The notes under the pieces were generated by a model that had not been told where the DNA came from, did no database searches, and worked only from the letters and a program-made list of their open reading frames with translations. DNA of 34,093 bases from Octopus bimaculoides (taxonomy: Eukaryota): assembly GCF_001194135.2 (NCBI RefSeq), contig NC_068991.1, positions 19,203,963 through 19,238,055 on the forward strand. The letters are read 5' to 3'. Every line of letters begins with the position of its first letter. The stretch's first letter is position 1. Below, piece by piece: positions 33,521 through 34,093 of the stretch. The translations under genes and the position numbers were made by a program.

Positions 33521-34093
33521 TATGATATAGTTCTAGTCAGTCAACGGCTGCAGAGAGCACATTGCTTGCAGAAGTGGGAGTCGATGGTGGCGAGAACGAC
33601 GCCGGAGGATTTCGCTTTTAAAACCCGTATTGTATTTGCGTGGCGGGCGAGAGATGTGTGGATGGGGTTCATCATTGAAAGAGACACACGAAATTTAAAC
33701 AAAAAAAAACAACAAATAAACAAACAATCAAACAAACAAACAAATAGATAAAATAAACAAATAAAATATATTGTCAACGATTAACGTTGGGAATAAAAGA
33801 CATTAAGTGTAGAAATAAGATTAAACAAGGCGAATGTAGAGGGATAAATATCAGAAAAATGTGAACTAATCCTAAAGTAAAAGAGAAGAACAAAAAGAGA
33901 AGGGAAAAGCAATAATAGGAAATGATAGCATATAAAATACGGTGATAATAATAAATATTATCTTTGGTCTCACCTTTAATGATCTCTCTTTGCAGATCAC
34001 TGTCGCTGCTGCGGTGCTGTAGTAACAGACCGATTATCCTCACCTCAGTACCGCCATAAATAAAGCGATGCGTATACGTGTTTATACATGTAT

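Noticed and set aside
33996-34020. Plus-frame peptide HCRCCGAVV resembling the FYVE R(R/K)HHCRxCG motif
   Set aside because: The downstream Cys pairs are missing and the frame stops after about 22 codons.
34053-34064. GCCATAAA(TAAA) Cdx/posterior-Hox-type site
   Set aside because: A single short AT-rich motif is expected by chance in 34 kb.

Overview
This is gappy, AT-rich eukaryotic scaffold DNA with 19 N-runs (about 5.9 kb, roughly 17% of the window). It is saturated with di-, tri- and tetranucleotide microsatellites and three families of tRNA-derived SINEs. The repeat families and satellite load match my recollection of an Octopus (coleoid cephalopod) draft genome; this is inference, not a database result. 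No intact protein-coding gene is supportable. Nearly all ORFs in the supplied track are microsatellite or N-gap read-throughs. The coding signal that is real is transposon debris: (1) a frameshifted Penelope-like retroelement (RT C-terminus plus GIY-YIG endonuclease) on the minus strand at about 5490-6480; (2) the 3' half of a mariner transposase with its TIR at 8121-8706; (3) an internally deleted Tc1 remnant at 4281-4536. The most interesting element is a near-complete type I hammerhead ribozyme on the minus strand at 7926-7994, with a long stem II and a palindromic minimal stem III. It lies beside a 138-bp fold-back palindrome and in the same orientation as the Penelope remnant. Other oddities are a 312-bp unit with about 78-bp terminal direct repeats (21992-22382), a two-copy repeat carrying hammerhead-like motifs in permuted order, a GTCGA-N5-TCGAC hairpin shared by two SINE families, higher-order trinucleotide satellites, a few candidate micro-exons, and several assembly duplications flanking gaps.
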